DNA from: Phoronis australis
Taxonomy: Eukaryota; Animalia; Phoronida
DNA: 64,000 nt
Assembly: GCA_002633005.1 (NCBI GenBank)
Contig: NMRA01000165.1
Span: 62,518 to 126,517 of the forward strand
Direction of reading: 5' to 3'
This document shows, in pieces, positions 52,594 to 64,000 of the stretch (positions are counted from its first letter, which is position 1; the number at the start of each line of letters is the position of its first letter). Below the pieces are notes generated by a model that made no database searches, had not been told where the DNA came from, and saw nothing but the letters and a program-made list of their open reading frames with translations. The translations under genes and the position numbers were made by a program.

Positions 52594-52841
52594 TTTCTCT
52601 GAAACAGCAATAAATCACTGAGTTAACATTAACTCGCTACTTATACAAATTAAGCAACTCGCTACTTGTACTACTTAAATTGCCGTGAACTGACTGGGAT
52701 ACCCTTAGATCATATACGTTACATATGAGTACCCATGGCTAAATTTCGTTTGGGTTACCAATCCCGTCCTTAATATTCAAATATAAGTGTGCTAAAATAT
52801 CTCAGTGGTTCTACTGAAAATACTCCTAAAGTGTTAGGTTC

Positions 52842-55800
52842 CTATCGACCATCCTTAAATGTTTCTAACATCATGCGGCATAACTTTAGGTACTCCGATG
52901 AGAGAGTTTGGGTCGTTTTTCTGCACTTCCGGCCTCTCCTTCGGTCCAAGCGCGTGACGACGTTCACGTCAATGGCGTCGTCATCCTGGACTGGTTCCAC
53001 CGCGACGTCTGCATCCATCTCCTCTGACGGCATAGAGTGTTCGTCGTTTGGTTCTGAGAGGTCCGTCATCGGATCCGATTCGGCCGAGGCTTCGGGTCCG
53101 TCGTCTTCTGATGATGAGATCACCTTATCATTCATCTGAGGTGCTGGCTTCGTCTGAGCCAACGTCTTCACTAGCCCCCTCTGTTGGAGCCTTTTTCGGA
53201 GTTCCGCTAAGGGTACATCAGAGTCATCGGAAGATGAATCCCTCTTCATTTGGCGGAAATGGTCCTGTAGACCTTGGTTTTGAGCAGCTTCTGTTTCGTC
53301 GTCAGACATGTCTCTGTCTTCGCTTGAACTAGGTGGAACGGCGTAGCGTGCCCTCCTTATCTGAGGGTAGTCGTCGTCCTTCATCTTCCAGTCATCGACT
53401 TGTGACGTCTCAGGTTGTCTATGTGTGACTTGGTAACCGTCCCGTCCAACTGGTTCCTGATGACGTACTTCTTGTCGGACTGTCGTTCCAATTTAAGATG
53501 CCCCAGTAACCGGTCCATCTGGGGTCTAGTTTGCTGGTTTTGGAATTATTTTTGAGTTAAACAAGATCTCCAACTTCTAATTCAACTAAAACTCTGCCCT
53601 TATTCTCGACTGCTAGTCTTTTGTTCTGATGGTGCTTTATCACCCGATAAACTGTCCTAAAAACTCTATGTTGGTTTTGTAGGATAATCTTATGTTCTTC
53701 CTCGCCCACGTATTTAGCATGTGGCCGCATTATATTATGCACAGGAAGTTTATGGTCTCTACCGAACATAAGAAAATAACTGCTATACCTAGTATAATTG
53801 GTATGAAAATTCAAACATGACTCTACTTGACTGAGATAAACATCCCATTGTCCGGATTATGACGGCATAATTTGCTCAAAACGTCACCAAGGACTTTGTG
53901 TGCTCGTTCAACTCGGCCATTTGATTTTGGATTGTAAAAGCTGGTTGTAACATGCCGAATGTTAAATGATTCCAATACGTCTTTCATTGTTTTGTTTATA
54001 AATTCGGAGCCAGTTGTCTGAGACCAAAATGTTCATTATACCAAATCTACAAAAGGTATCAGTGGTTAGGATTCGTGCGATTGTGGCGGCATTCTTATCC
54101 CGCATCGGATACAACAACGTGTAATTTGAAAACCAATCAGTCAGAGTCAAAATATATCGATTACCACTGGGTAATGGTTTCATAGCGCCAACACAATCTA
54201 TCGATACCTGTTGCCAAGGGCCGTTCACAACATTGGACGCCCCTAGCGGAGATTTAACTGCTCTCAGATTTCGGTCCTGGCATGTAACGCATTCTGAAAC
54301 ATACTTCTCAATGTCTTTAAACATTCTAGGCCAGAAATAACTATTTCTAGACGATTGATAGGTTCTATCTATCCCTGCATGTCCTAGGTGATCATGATAT
54401 TGTTTGATGACTAGCGACTGTAAATGTTTGGGAACATACAGACGAATCTTAACGTCGCCATGTTCATCAACTTAGGCATTTGTCATTCAGAGGTAAGATC
54501 AGGTATAGGAGGACTCTCCATTTCGTGCGATTTAAGATCTACTCTGCTGTCATCTACTACGTTAATCTGTGCTACTGGAGCCTGAACCTCGAAAGTCCTA
54601 TCGTCTATATCTAACGTTTCCTCGTCAACTGCATTATCATCGTTAGAAGGCGCTCTGCTCAGCAAGTCAGCCATCGTATTGTCCTTCCCAGGGATATGTT
54701 TGATTTCAACGTCATAAGCCGAAATGAGTACCGACCATTGCGCCACTTTCTTATTTTGAATATCGCTTTTGAGCAAATAGATGAGGGGCATGTGATCCGT
54801 GAAAAGTGTGATTTTGGAATTGTAAATGTAATGTTCGAATTTCTTAAGAGCCATCAACACCGCGAAACATTCCTTTTCAATGGTTGCCCCGCATTTCTGT
54901 GTGTCAGTCAGTTTTTGCGACATAAAATAGGTGGGTTTTTCGACGTCTTCGTCTGTACACTTTTGTACCAAACAAGCTCCAATTCCAAAATCACTCGCGT
55001 CTGTGTATATAGTGTAACTCAATTTGGGATCGGGATAATTTAGCATTGGAACTGCGGAAAGATGTTCTTTGATTAATTTGAAAGCGTGTTCGCATTCAGG
55101 GGTCCATTTAAATCTGGCATATTTCTTTGTGAGTTCAGTCAATGGGGTCATATTGCCCGCTAAATTAGGAATAGACCTTCGATAGTATGACAGGATTCCT
55201 TGCAGTGCCCTTACTTCTTTTACCTTGGCTGGTCGTTTCATTGCTCTTATAGCCGAAATTTTGGCTGGGTCCGGGCGGATCCCTTCTTTATCTACTATGA
55301 AGCCCAGATAGCTCGTTTGAGGCTTGAGAAACTGACATTTGGACAATTTTAACTTCAAATTGTGTTCTCTGAGGCGTTGGAAAACAATTTTCAAGTGCTC
55401 AAGGTGTTCGGTAACACTTTTGCTGTAAATAATACAGTCATCGATATAGGCTCTAGGAAAAGGGAGTCCCTCTAAAACAATTGACATGAGTTCCTGGAAG
55501 AAACTGGGACTGTTACAAAGTCCGAATGGCATCACCTGAAATTGGTAAAGATTGTGACCCGTTGAAAACCCTGGGCAAAAGGCTGTCTTTTCCTTGTCAT
55601 TAGGGTGCATTTGAATCTGCCAAAAACCACTACATAAATCTAATGAGCTGTAAGTGCAAGAGCTTCTGAGATCGTTCAGTATGTCATCAATTTTCGGTAG
55701 GAAGAATGAATAACCTTTAGTTACACTGTTCAATTTTCTATAATCTACACGAAACCTTACGCTACCATCTTTCTTGGTTACTAATACTATAGGTGAGCAA

Positions 55801-56836
55801 TAGTTGGATCTAGAAGGTTCTATAACTTTTGCCGAAAGCATTTTATCCACCGCTTCTTTGGCTATTTGCTGTTTCGCTATCGGAAGCTGATAAGGCCTTT
55901 GCTTGACAATCGTGCCGTCCGGCACGTCTATGCGCATTTGTACCGTTTTCGTTTTCCCTAGATCGAGGTCTGTTGCCGCGAAAACATCGCTATCCTGTTT
56001 TAATAATTCCTTCACTAAGTTACCATACTCATCAGGTGTATCAATTTCAGATAGGTCTAACTTTTGTTTACTAATCGACTGGGCTGATGCTGGTTTATCT
56101 AATACATTCACAATGTTTGCGTTACGCAACTCTTCAACCTGGCCTACTGCAACTCCTCGTTTTATCTTGATATACCGGCCAGAATTGTTGATTATCTCTA
56201 ATGGAAATTTACCAGCTTTGCCTGGCTTTATTATTGCATTGGAAATGTACAAGCCAGATTCATAATTTAGGAATCCGGTCGTCAAAGGTGAAACTTGGAA
56301 TACTTGCCGTTTGTGGCTACCTCTGGCTGTGCAAATTCTGGCGCGACATACCATTTTGGAATTGACAACAATTTCGTTGATTACTCTAGCATAAGATTTG
56401 ACCAATGAGTCTTGAATTAGGGGTGTGTAAAATTCTTTTATCCGCAACATTCTAAGATCAAAGTATACACGACAATTATTCTTATGGAGAAAGTCTTTCC
56501 CGATTAGCATTCTTCGGTTCACATCACGAATTACAACAAAATCATGTTTGAGAATATTGTTTCCAATTTTTCAATTCAACATGACGCAAGCGAGGACATT
56601 TAACCGTTAATTATTTGCTGTCTGCACTACAGGTTTTCGATTGACCATTTCTACTAGGCCTTTTCGTTTAAGTTCCTCAAACGTAACTTCCGATATAACC
56701 GAAATTGCAGCACCCGATTCTATTAATGCCCTGACTCGCGTCTGTCCCACTTGTACTTGAATACTATCCTCGCTTCCCAAAAAACATAAAGTTACTACGT
56801 CATCCTGACCCGCGGAAGCTCTCTAGTCAGTGCTTA
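52842..56836 (-). pseudogene. pol: pol copy 2 (PR, dUTPase-like insert, RT, RNase H, IN)
   Basis: 679-aa open stretch 54483-56522 with RT and RNase H. Protease RALIESGAAISVI (~56690-56740, D>E); integrase in pieces. Confidence 0.94.
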
Positions 56837-57754
56837 TTAGTTTCCCTGGGGTTTAGCGTCATTTGGTGTGGTATCAGCAGGGCTTGGGTTGTCAGAGTAG
56901 TTAACCGGATTTTGGTTCGTTTGGGTGGCCAAAAATCATTTAAAACGGAAAATATCTCGTTTCATGTGACCAGGTTTTTTACAAAAGAAGCATCTGATTG
57001 AATTCTCTAGGGCGTTAACAGTTCTGGGCGCCCGACAGTCTCTCGTTCTATGACCCGTCCTGTTGCAAATTCTGCATCTTTGATTTGTCAATGTCCATAG
57101 GAGTGACTTCCCTGTTATCTCCCAGTTTTAAATTCATTCGCGCCCAAAGGTGTATTTCTTGGACAGCGACTTTAAGGTTGTCCCTGAGAGTTATTGGAAC
57201 TGAACGTAAGACGTGCTCTCTTATTCTTGCGTCCCGGAGACCATCCACAAAAAAACCAATTAATTGTTCTTGTAGAACATCCAGTGCCGCTTGATCGTCA
57301 AATGCTTTGCGTGCCGCAGACAACAGTCGTTCGCCATACATTTGCACGCTTTCGTTTGGTCGTTGCCTAATTGATTTCAATCGACCGAACGCCAGACTTT
57401 TGTCTGTGATAGGGGCAAAACGTAACTTAAGTTCTGCTTTAAACTGCTCATATTTGCATTGTGGGTGGTCTGTCATATAACGTTTAATGAATGCCGAAAC
57501 TTCACCCCCCGATCTTTGATATGCAATCAAAATCTGCTTTCTGGGGTCCATATTGGGGAAATGACGGCCATCTTTTCTATCTCCGCTCACCCACGCTCGA
57601 AACCCATGAACATCTCCTGAGAAAACGAGGATATTTGACGCCAGTGACGTCTCACTCATGGAATTCATGGCATTGGTAACATCTCTGGTGATATACCAGC
57701 AAGTCCCGTTAAAACTTCAGCTAAATCTACAGTTGGTTGTTGCTGATGTGCCAT
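56837..57754 (-). pseudogene. gag: gag copy 2
   Basis: Homologous to copy 1, with a PMDID motif and zinc knuckles. Ends GGGAAAC-TAA. Confidence 0.9.
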
Positions 57755-58440
57755 ACTGCTTAGTGTTCAGACTATGCTAACTACTACACTACTTAGATAT
57801 ATCGTCTCGCTCGCAAGAAATTAAAAAGAGTCTCAAAACTTTAACACCGGGTTTAAACCGGGCCACGGCACCAAAAAGAACTCGTGTGGTATATCAATGC
57901 GTGTTGTGGCCAACAGATGGCGCGCTCGTGGTAATAACTAAAAGAACACACGAATACCTTAACAATAGAATACGTCAATTAATATGCAGCGTTGTGATTT
58001 ACAAACAATAGATTACATCGAGTTGTGAGACTGACGACTGTTCGAATGAAGCGATATATCGTTACAGGTGAAAGTATTAATCTACAGTGCCACCAGTTAC
58101 CCGCAGCTGGGAGTAATATATTGGTCATAGCCCGTAGCTACCACACACGTTAGTGAAGTACAAGTCGCAACATGAACTGACCCTGTAAAACAATCACTAG
58201 ACTGGTTCAAACTGACTAACAGGCTGAGACCAACACCTGTATTAATTAGTTTTTATTCCTTGACTCTTCTATTCCACTTTTGATCACTAATCTGGTTTTC
58301 CTCGTCTTTGCTGTTGGCTCCTCCTAGAGATCAGGTCTGGGTCTGATTCACGGTTTTCGTCTCGGTCTAGGTCTGGTCTGGGTCTTGTTCTCGGTCTGCC
58401 TCGGTCTTGGTCTAACTCTCCTTGATAGCCAATGCCTTAA

Positions 58441-60033
58441 AGGAGAATGCCACTCGATTTAATTAGTCTTTTTCGCCGTCTTAATCAGTATATATCCACA
58501 TCGCCTCGCATACGGTCGACCTTACCTTGCCAAGAGGTGTCGCGTTAACCTGTGAGGAAGGTGAGAAACGACGCTAGCGACGTCAATGGTTCATATGCAA
58601 AGTGAATGCCGCTATGTTGCGGTGCTTCGTTCCCGCTTGTCTGCGAACAAAGCAGCTGCGAGGAAAGGGGGTATATCGTTTTCTTTACTTCCTCGAGAGC
58701 CCGAAATGCTTAGGAAGTGGCTCATGGTAGTGAAGAATGAAGTGTACGCTGTAAATAGCAAGTATGAAGCCGTGAAACATCTCCGTGCCTGTGGCCTGCC
58801 GACGTCGACAGTGCCTGACGAATGCCGACTTACCAAATAACTCCATACGTTCCGTTGTCTGAGCTTGTTCACGGCGCCTCTCTAGTATTTCTTCATCACT
58901 GTATTCCTGTTCGAATTAATAGATCCACCTGCGAAGTCGGGACTGATGAGCTCTAGCTCGTCCTAAGTCGGGATCTTGCGAGTTGCCATGTTGGCGTTTA
59001 TTACCGTAGAGCGTTCTGTTTCAAAATGAATTATTCTCCCCCTAACCAATACTTATATAAAACTTAAACAAAGTCTGTCTCATTAGGTGCAATTTGTAAT
59101 GCCTGTGGAGTGTTCGTGAGTTCAAATGATTTGAGAAGCCAGCCATAAATAAATCACTGCGTTACCGGCTTTAGGTGCCGGCGGCAATAAAACTAATTGA
59201 CGGGACACCGAGGGCGTGTGAGCTCATGCTAGTTTAGTGTTTGCCGGCAGAAACTGTTGTGAAACAACTCGATTTCCATCCCACGACCAGGTGTTAGGGT
59301 AATCTTTATTTACATTGATGATTGTCAATGTACAACTTCTGCCCTGACGGTGCTGTGGCCAAAGCGGAACCTGAATTCGCGGCCCCCGACGAGTAAGTAG
59401 ATTTGCAGTTTCGTGGCTAATTCACCAACGTAATCACGTGCACATTACTTTGGCTCACTACTATAGTATTTTCTTAACTGGAAGTTTACTTTCCACTGAT
59501 CTTTGGCTGGTTGATGTTCGTGATGTCTGATCAGTTTCCAAGCCACTGGCCGAATAACAAACGTTTTGTGTTTAGAACTCAAAAAATCACAAGTCTAAAC
59601 AACACAGATCTTGGTTCTTCTGTCTGTATCTCATGGAAAATACTTCGAAATTATCTCCGAACAGACCCCAAACTCCTGCTACGTACCTTATTGGCCTGCC
59701 AACTTTGTAGGCTACGGTGTGTCCAAATACCAACAAATCCGTAAGAGCGAAATAAAACAACACGTTTTTATAAGAACTCGGTGTATTTTTAAGGGTTTTA
59801 CATCGAAGTTTGATGGTCTATTGGTGTTGAACGATTACTTCAAGCAATAAGCTGACACCAGTAGCCCATTTTGTGAACTGCTGAACAGACTGCGTGTGAA
59901 CCCGATGACGTCATTGGATAATTTCAACACCTCCGTCTGCCGTCAGGTAACGCAACCGTACGTGTCCTAATGGAGTAGAACTATTCGATCTAAATTGATA
60001 CAAATTAGGTTGTTTTTTGGGTGGCATGCTCCT
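58441..60033 (+). mobile_element. Complete Kolobok family A non-autonomous element (1593 bp) in the 5' LTR of copy 2
   Basis: TTAA TSD on both sides, 13-bp TIR AGGAGAATGCCAC / GTGGCATGCTCCT, and a THAP remnant at ~58606-58800. Confidence 0.95.
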
Positions 60034-61923
60034 TTAAATACTGTTCTAGCCGGCATCGTATGATGGGCCCATCTCGTGACGGTTAAAGTCCCTGGTCAGA
60101 GTTTGCACGTGACACTTGCATAACAATTAATTAACTTGAATGGAACTTACCCAACAAAATCAAATCAGCTGACTATTGAAACAATTCTTGCATAACACCT
60201 GTGATAATCTGTGCTACAGCCAAAGATACGATTGCAATGCACTTTTAATTTTCGGAAACCTTAATTAAATGCAAAGGTCCTAGCCTCATTATATTACACA
60301 TTGAAAAGTGTTGAAATGAAATGCTTTTACCACTTACAAATCCATATCGGAGGAGCAATGCCAGGACGAGATTAAACTATATTTAAAGACAGTGTGGTCC
60401 TTAAAATTTATCACTTCAGTAAAAACTGCAGAGGAGATCCTACCCTGATAGCGAATGTAGGAAAACATGCCCCCTATCCCCTGCATCCCCCTGAACAAGG
60501 TATACTCCTGTACCTTCTTGGCAACATGAAGTATTTTTTACTAAAAAATAAAACAAGTCAAAAGTATAACGCATAATTCTGTTTATTCTTGATAACAACA
60601 CGACATAAAGCTGGCCGCAACAATCCACAGGCCATCAGCCAAGAACATGGTGACCAGATGTCTTCTTTAAATATTGGAACACCATAGTAACAGGTTATCG
60701 CAATGCAACACAGTGCGGAACTAACAGCTGATGTAGTTAAACAAACATAGTATATTTTTACTGTTCATTGGTTTCATATAAAATATGTAAAGAAATATGG
60801 AATGGATCATTGAAGGAAGTCGGAATGAAAGTAACCCTTTAGTGCCACCTGTTGTTGGTCTAGGAAATGTTCATGGCATCACTGAACTTGGAATGCAGAG
60901 TTATGTATTCGCATCAACAAATAGTAAAAAAATATGATAAAAATAACCCCTCAGTTTCACAGAATCAATAAAATGATATATTTCCAGAATATAAATCAAA
61001 TTTACCATCAGTCTAAATCTAAAAATTGCTTCAGATCACATATGTTGATAGATATAGCACAGTAAAAATATTCAAATTCACAGTAAAGCATCGAAAACCC
61101 CTAATAAATTACTTATCGAAATCACAGTTTCATCGTAATTCTGATATTAAATGCATCATTCCTCCTGAACTGGAAGAATTACCTTTTCCCTTACACATCA
61201 TTAGGAATGCAGTCAGTAAAAAGACAACATGTTAGACAGTAGACGATACCAGACAATGTGAGTTTAAACTAAGAAAGCTCAGAGAGAAGCCATATTTGAG
61301 TGCACAAGGTTCAACAAAACTGCACTCTGAACAAACAAGCGGAATAAGGGCCGACAAGGAAAAAGACTAGTGCAGACGCATAAGCAAGCATGACCAAACA
61401 TTGAACACAAGTGAACATCTTTGTGACAACATAAAAATGTTTGTAGGAAAACAACAGACTGCACTAAACTCTGACCGACATTAATCAATGAGACCAAACT
61501 TCCTCTGAAGATACTTGGACGACATTCTGTTCATTCTCTCCTTCATGTACTTAGCGCCACCATTGCGGTCCCACTCTCGTAGGAACTCGTCAGGTAGTAT
61601 CTCAGCTCCACGTTTATTAGTCAGACCAGTCTCGGCTAGGCTCAACTCACACATCTGCATATCATCACAGCCTAGACAATCAATAAAAAAATTCAAAATA
61701 CATTTAGTAAACAGCTGCATCATATCTTGCTCACTGCAAGACTGATGACCACAAGGCCGTGTCTGTGCCTGGATCATTCCACTTAGCCCAGTTATGGGGG
61801 GTGCACCTGTGGAGATTTCAAACACCTACATCCTCCGGAACAAATGAATAGTCCCATGGGCTCATCATGGAATTAGATTTTCACTAGAATTCACTGGTTC
61901 AAGGTTTTTCCATAAAGTACTTA

Positions 61924-61946
61924 NNNNNNNNNNNNNNNNNNNNNNN
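61924..61946. other. Assembly gap (23 N)
   Basis: Run of N. Confidence 1.
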
Positions 61947-62144
61947 GACTCGGCAGCTCTCACAGTCAGACTATGTGAAAAGAAATTGGCGGGAAGCGCT
62001 TGCCTCCTAAAACGTCACTTCCGGAAAAGCGGACGAATAATTAATAAAATTACGAAAAGCTGTAATTAAGTGAGAAATATGTCTAGGATAACCAACCAAC
62101 CTTATTTTAGCTCAAAATGACACGGAAAAAGGTTGCCTTCGCCT
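61947..62144 (-). mobile_element. Kolobok family B left end, inverted
   Basis: Reverse complement of 6763-6960; ends GTTGCCTTCGCCT|TTAA. Confidence 0.88.
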
Positions 62145-64000
62145 TTAAGTTTGAATTTTCCCTCAGTGACGTCTGCAAAATGTCCCGTGGGTTCTTTAAC
62201 TAATGTGAGTCACAAATTACTTGTTTTTTTTCGGTAAGGTTTGCACTCATACTGCAGCTTAATTTTGTCGGTCTACAAAAATTGGAAGCGACCTGAAGAA
62301 CACGAAATCCCTGACATCACCATAATGACGTAGTATGTTCTGAGGGAAACAAAAAGCATCTACGACCGAATGTTGCCGCTGTCGGCCGACTGCTACATGA
62401 AGGGGAGATATAGAGCATGCAGCTAAAAACTGTACAATAATACTCTTAAGATTATGGAGGATCCTAGAAAAATGTCCAAATTTGGCTAGCTTCGGAACAT
62501 TATATCTCAGAAATGACATCGGATTTGTATGATATTTTCAGATACTATGCTTTATGCACCGTTATTAAACACTGGAAGCTTTTAGGAATGGTTTTTAAAG
62601 TGATCAATTTTTCAATAACAAGCTATCAAAAACTATGCTTTTATTATTTCATAAAAACATGAAGTTGTACAAAACGAAATGAAATGATATTTTAGAAAAC
62701 TGAGATCTCACCTTGAACATTTTTATATGAAAATTGAAATATGACTTGATCGTGTTCTTGATAAAGTCGTTTCGCTATCAGTGCACCTTGACTTTTTGCT
62801 CGATTTTACTAAAATGCATGGTCACGTGACGGAAACAATGTGGTATAAAGTCAAAAATCAAACTCTACAGGCTTTCTACTGTCAGAAATTAAGTAGTTTC
62901 ATCGAGTTAAAATTTAAAGTTTTGCAGATATTCGGCATTAACAAACGTTGGCTTACCACGATCTGTGCCGACTCAGTTCAGCGGGAATGCCTTTAGGGGA
63001 CCATATGCATTTTCCGACTTTATCGCAAGGTAAACAGCATCTGTACTGTATTCACCCATTGCCCGCGCAGTTTCTTGCTTTCCTTATCTTCCGCTTTTCT
63101 TATCTTATCTTTAGCGAGTAACCGACGAGGGTTGTTCAAATCTATCATCTTTATATAAATATCATTTCGCATCGTCCCAGTGCCCTGTTTCCCTATTGCT
63201 CACGCCTTTTCTTGTGCGGTGGTACTCCTTAACCCAGTATTTGCAATAGAGGATTTTGCCACACTGACCTCATTTGCATATGAAAATGCGACTCATACCT
63301 TTGATGTAATTATTGTAAAACACTGCACCTGTTGAGACCACCGATTTTTCATTTGAATTCGTCTGCAGTTGCTTAAATTATCGTGGCTATTCGAATATAA
63401 CAAACAACCACTTTTTCTTATGTTTTCCTTTTTCTGCCTATTTTTATTTTCTATCGTTATTTCTCGTGGGTTCTTCACATTGAATTAGCGAACAGGGAAC
63501 ACAGTTTCCGACTGATTATCATAAATTCTTCCGAGGAAGGCCACAAAGAAGTGATTTATTGATGAAAGCATTTATTGACTTTCGAAAGACGATGCAGAGA
63601 ACAAATACGATCGTTCAAATGTAACAGTTAAATATTTGTTTTTACAAAGGAATACTACTCTTACCATCTCCGAATTTGACGCAATCATGTATTATAAGTG
63701 AAACTGCCATCTAGGACCAAGTTCAGTACTCTCGAGGGTCGAGATAATCACGAAAGCGACCACCAACAAAATTCAGTCTGCGTGCCCGAATATTTACCGT
63801 GAAATCCAGGGTAGTGTAAAAACGCGAGATTACGCTAGATATTGTGGTGTGATACTATTTTAAATGAGAACACGCGAGTTTGGCTAGATTTTTTTCTAGC
63901 CGCGAGACAGCTACTAAATCTACCCAGGTACATACGAAATACACGAGATCTCACGCCATAAGTGGAGACCTGAAGCTATCAAAGAACTCCTATGACATGC

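Larger units (their letters stand above)
44351..60290. repeat. Segmental duplication unit 2
   Basis: Colinear with unit 1 apart from unit-specific insertions and deletions. Confidence 0.9.
48487..60298 (-). mobile_element. Envelope-bearing Ty3/Gypsy provirus, copy 2 (complete ends, defective ORFs)
   Basis: 4-bp TSD CATT (48483-48486 and 60299-60302). 3' LTR 48487-49307, PPT, env, pol, gag, PBS 57856-57873, 5' LTR 57885-60298. Confidence 0.96.

Overview
Eukaryotic animal DNA, probably from a marine invertebrate judging by the TE repertoire, and almost entirely transposon-derived. The only intact host-type genes are two intronless aldo-keto reductase (AKR) paralogs at 26313-27272 and 45192-46151. 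Each sits in one unit of a tandem segmental duplication (~21.0-42.2 kb and ~44.35-60.3 kb), and each unit also carries a decayed ~10-kb Ty3/Gypsy provirus on the minus strand. The provirus has gag, pol (with a dUTPase-like insert) and an F-type envelope gene. Downstream of env lies a fourth, retropepsin-like reading frame with its own candidate splice acceptor; this is the most unusual signal in the window. Both 5' LTRs were independently interrupted by the same Kolobok-type DNA transposon. The first 9.5 kb is a nest of Gypsy, Academ-like and Kolobok remnants. Other elements include a palindromic Crypton-like cluster with tRNA-like boxes, an RTEX-like LINE, an esterase-ORF1 CR1/L2-type LINE, an IS3EU-like transposon, MITEs, a Helentron-like tandem repeat and a 23-N gap. 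All family assignments are by-eye motif recognition, not database searches.
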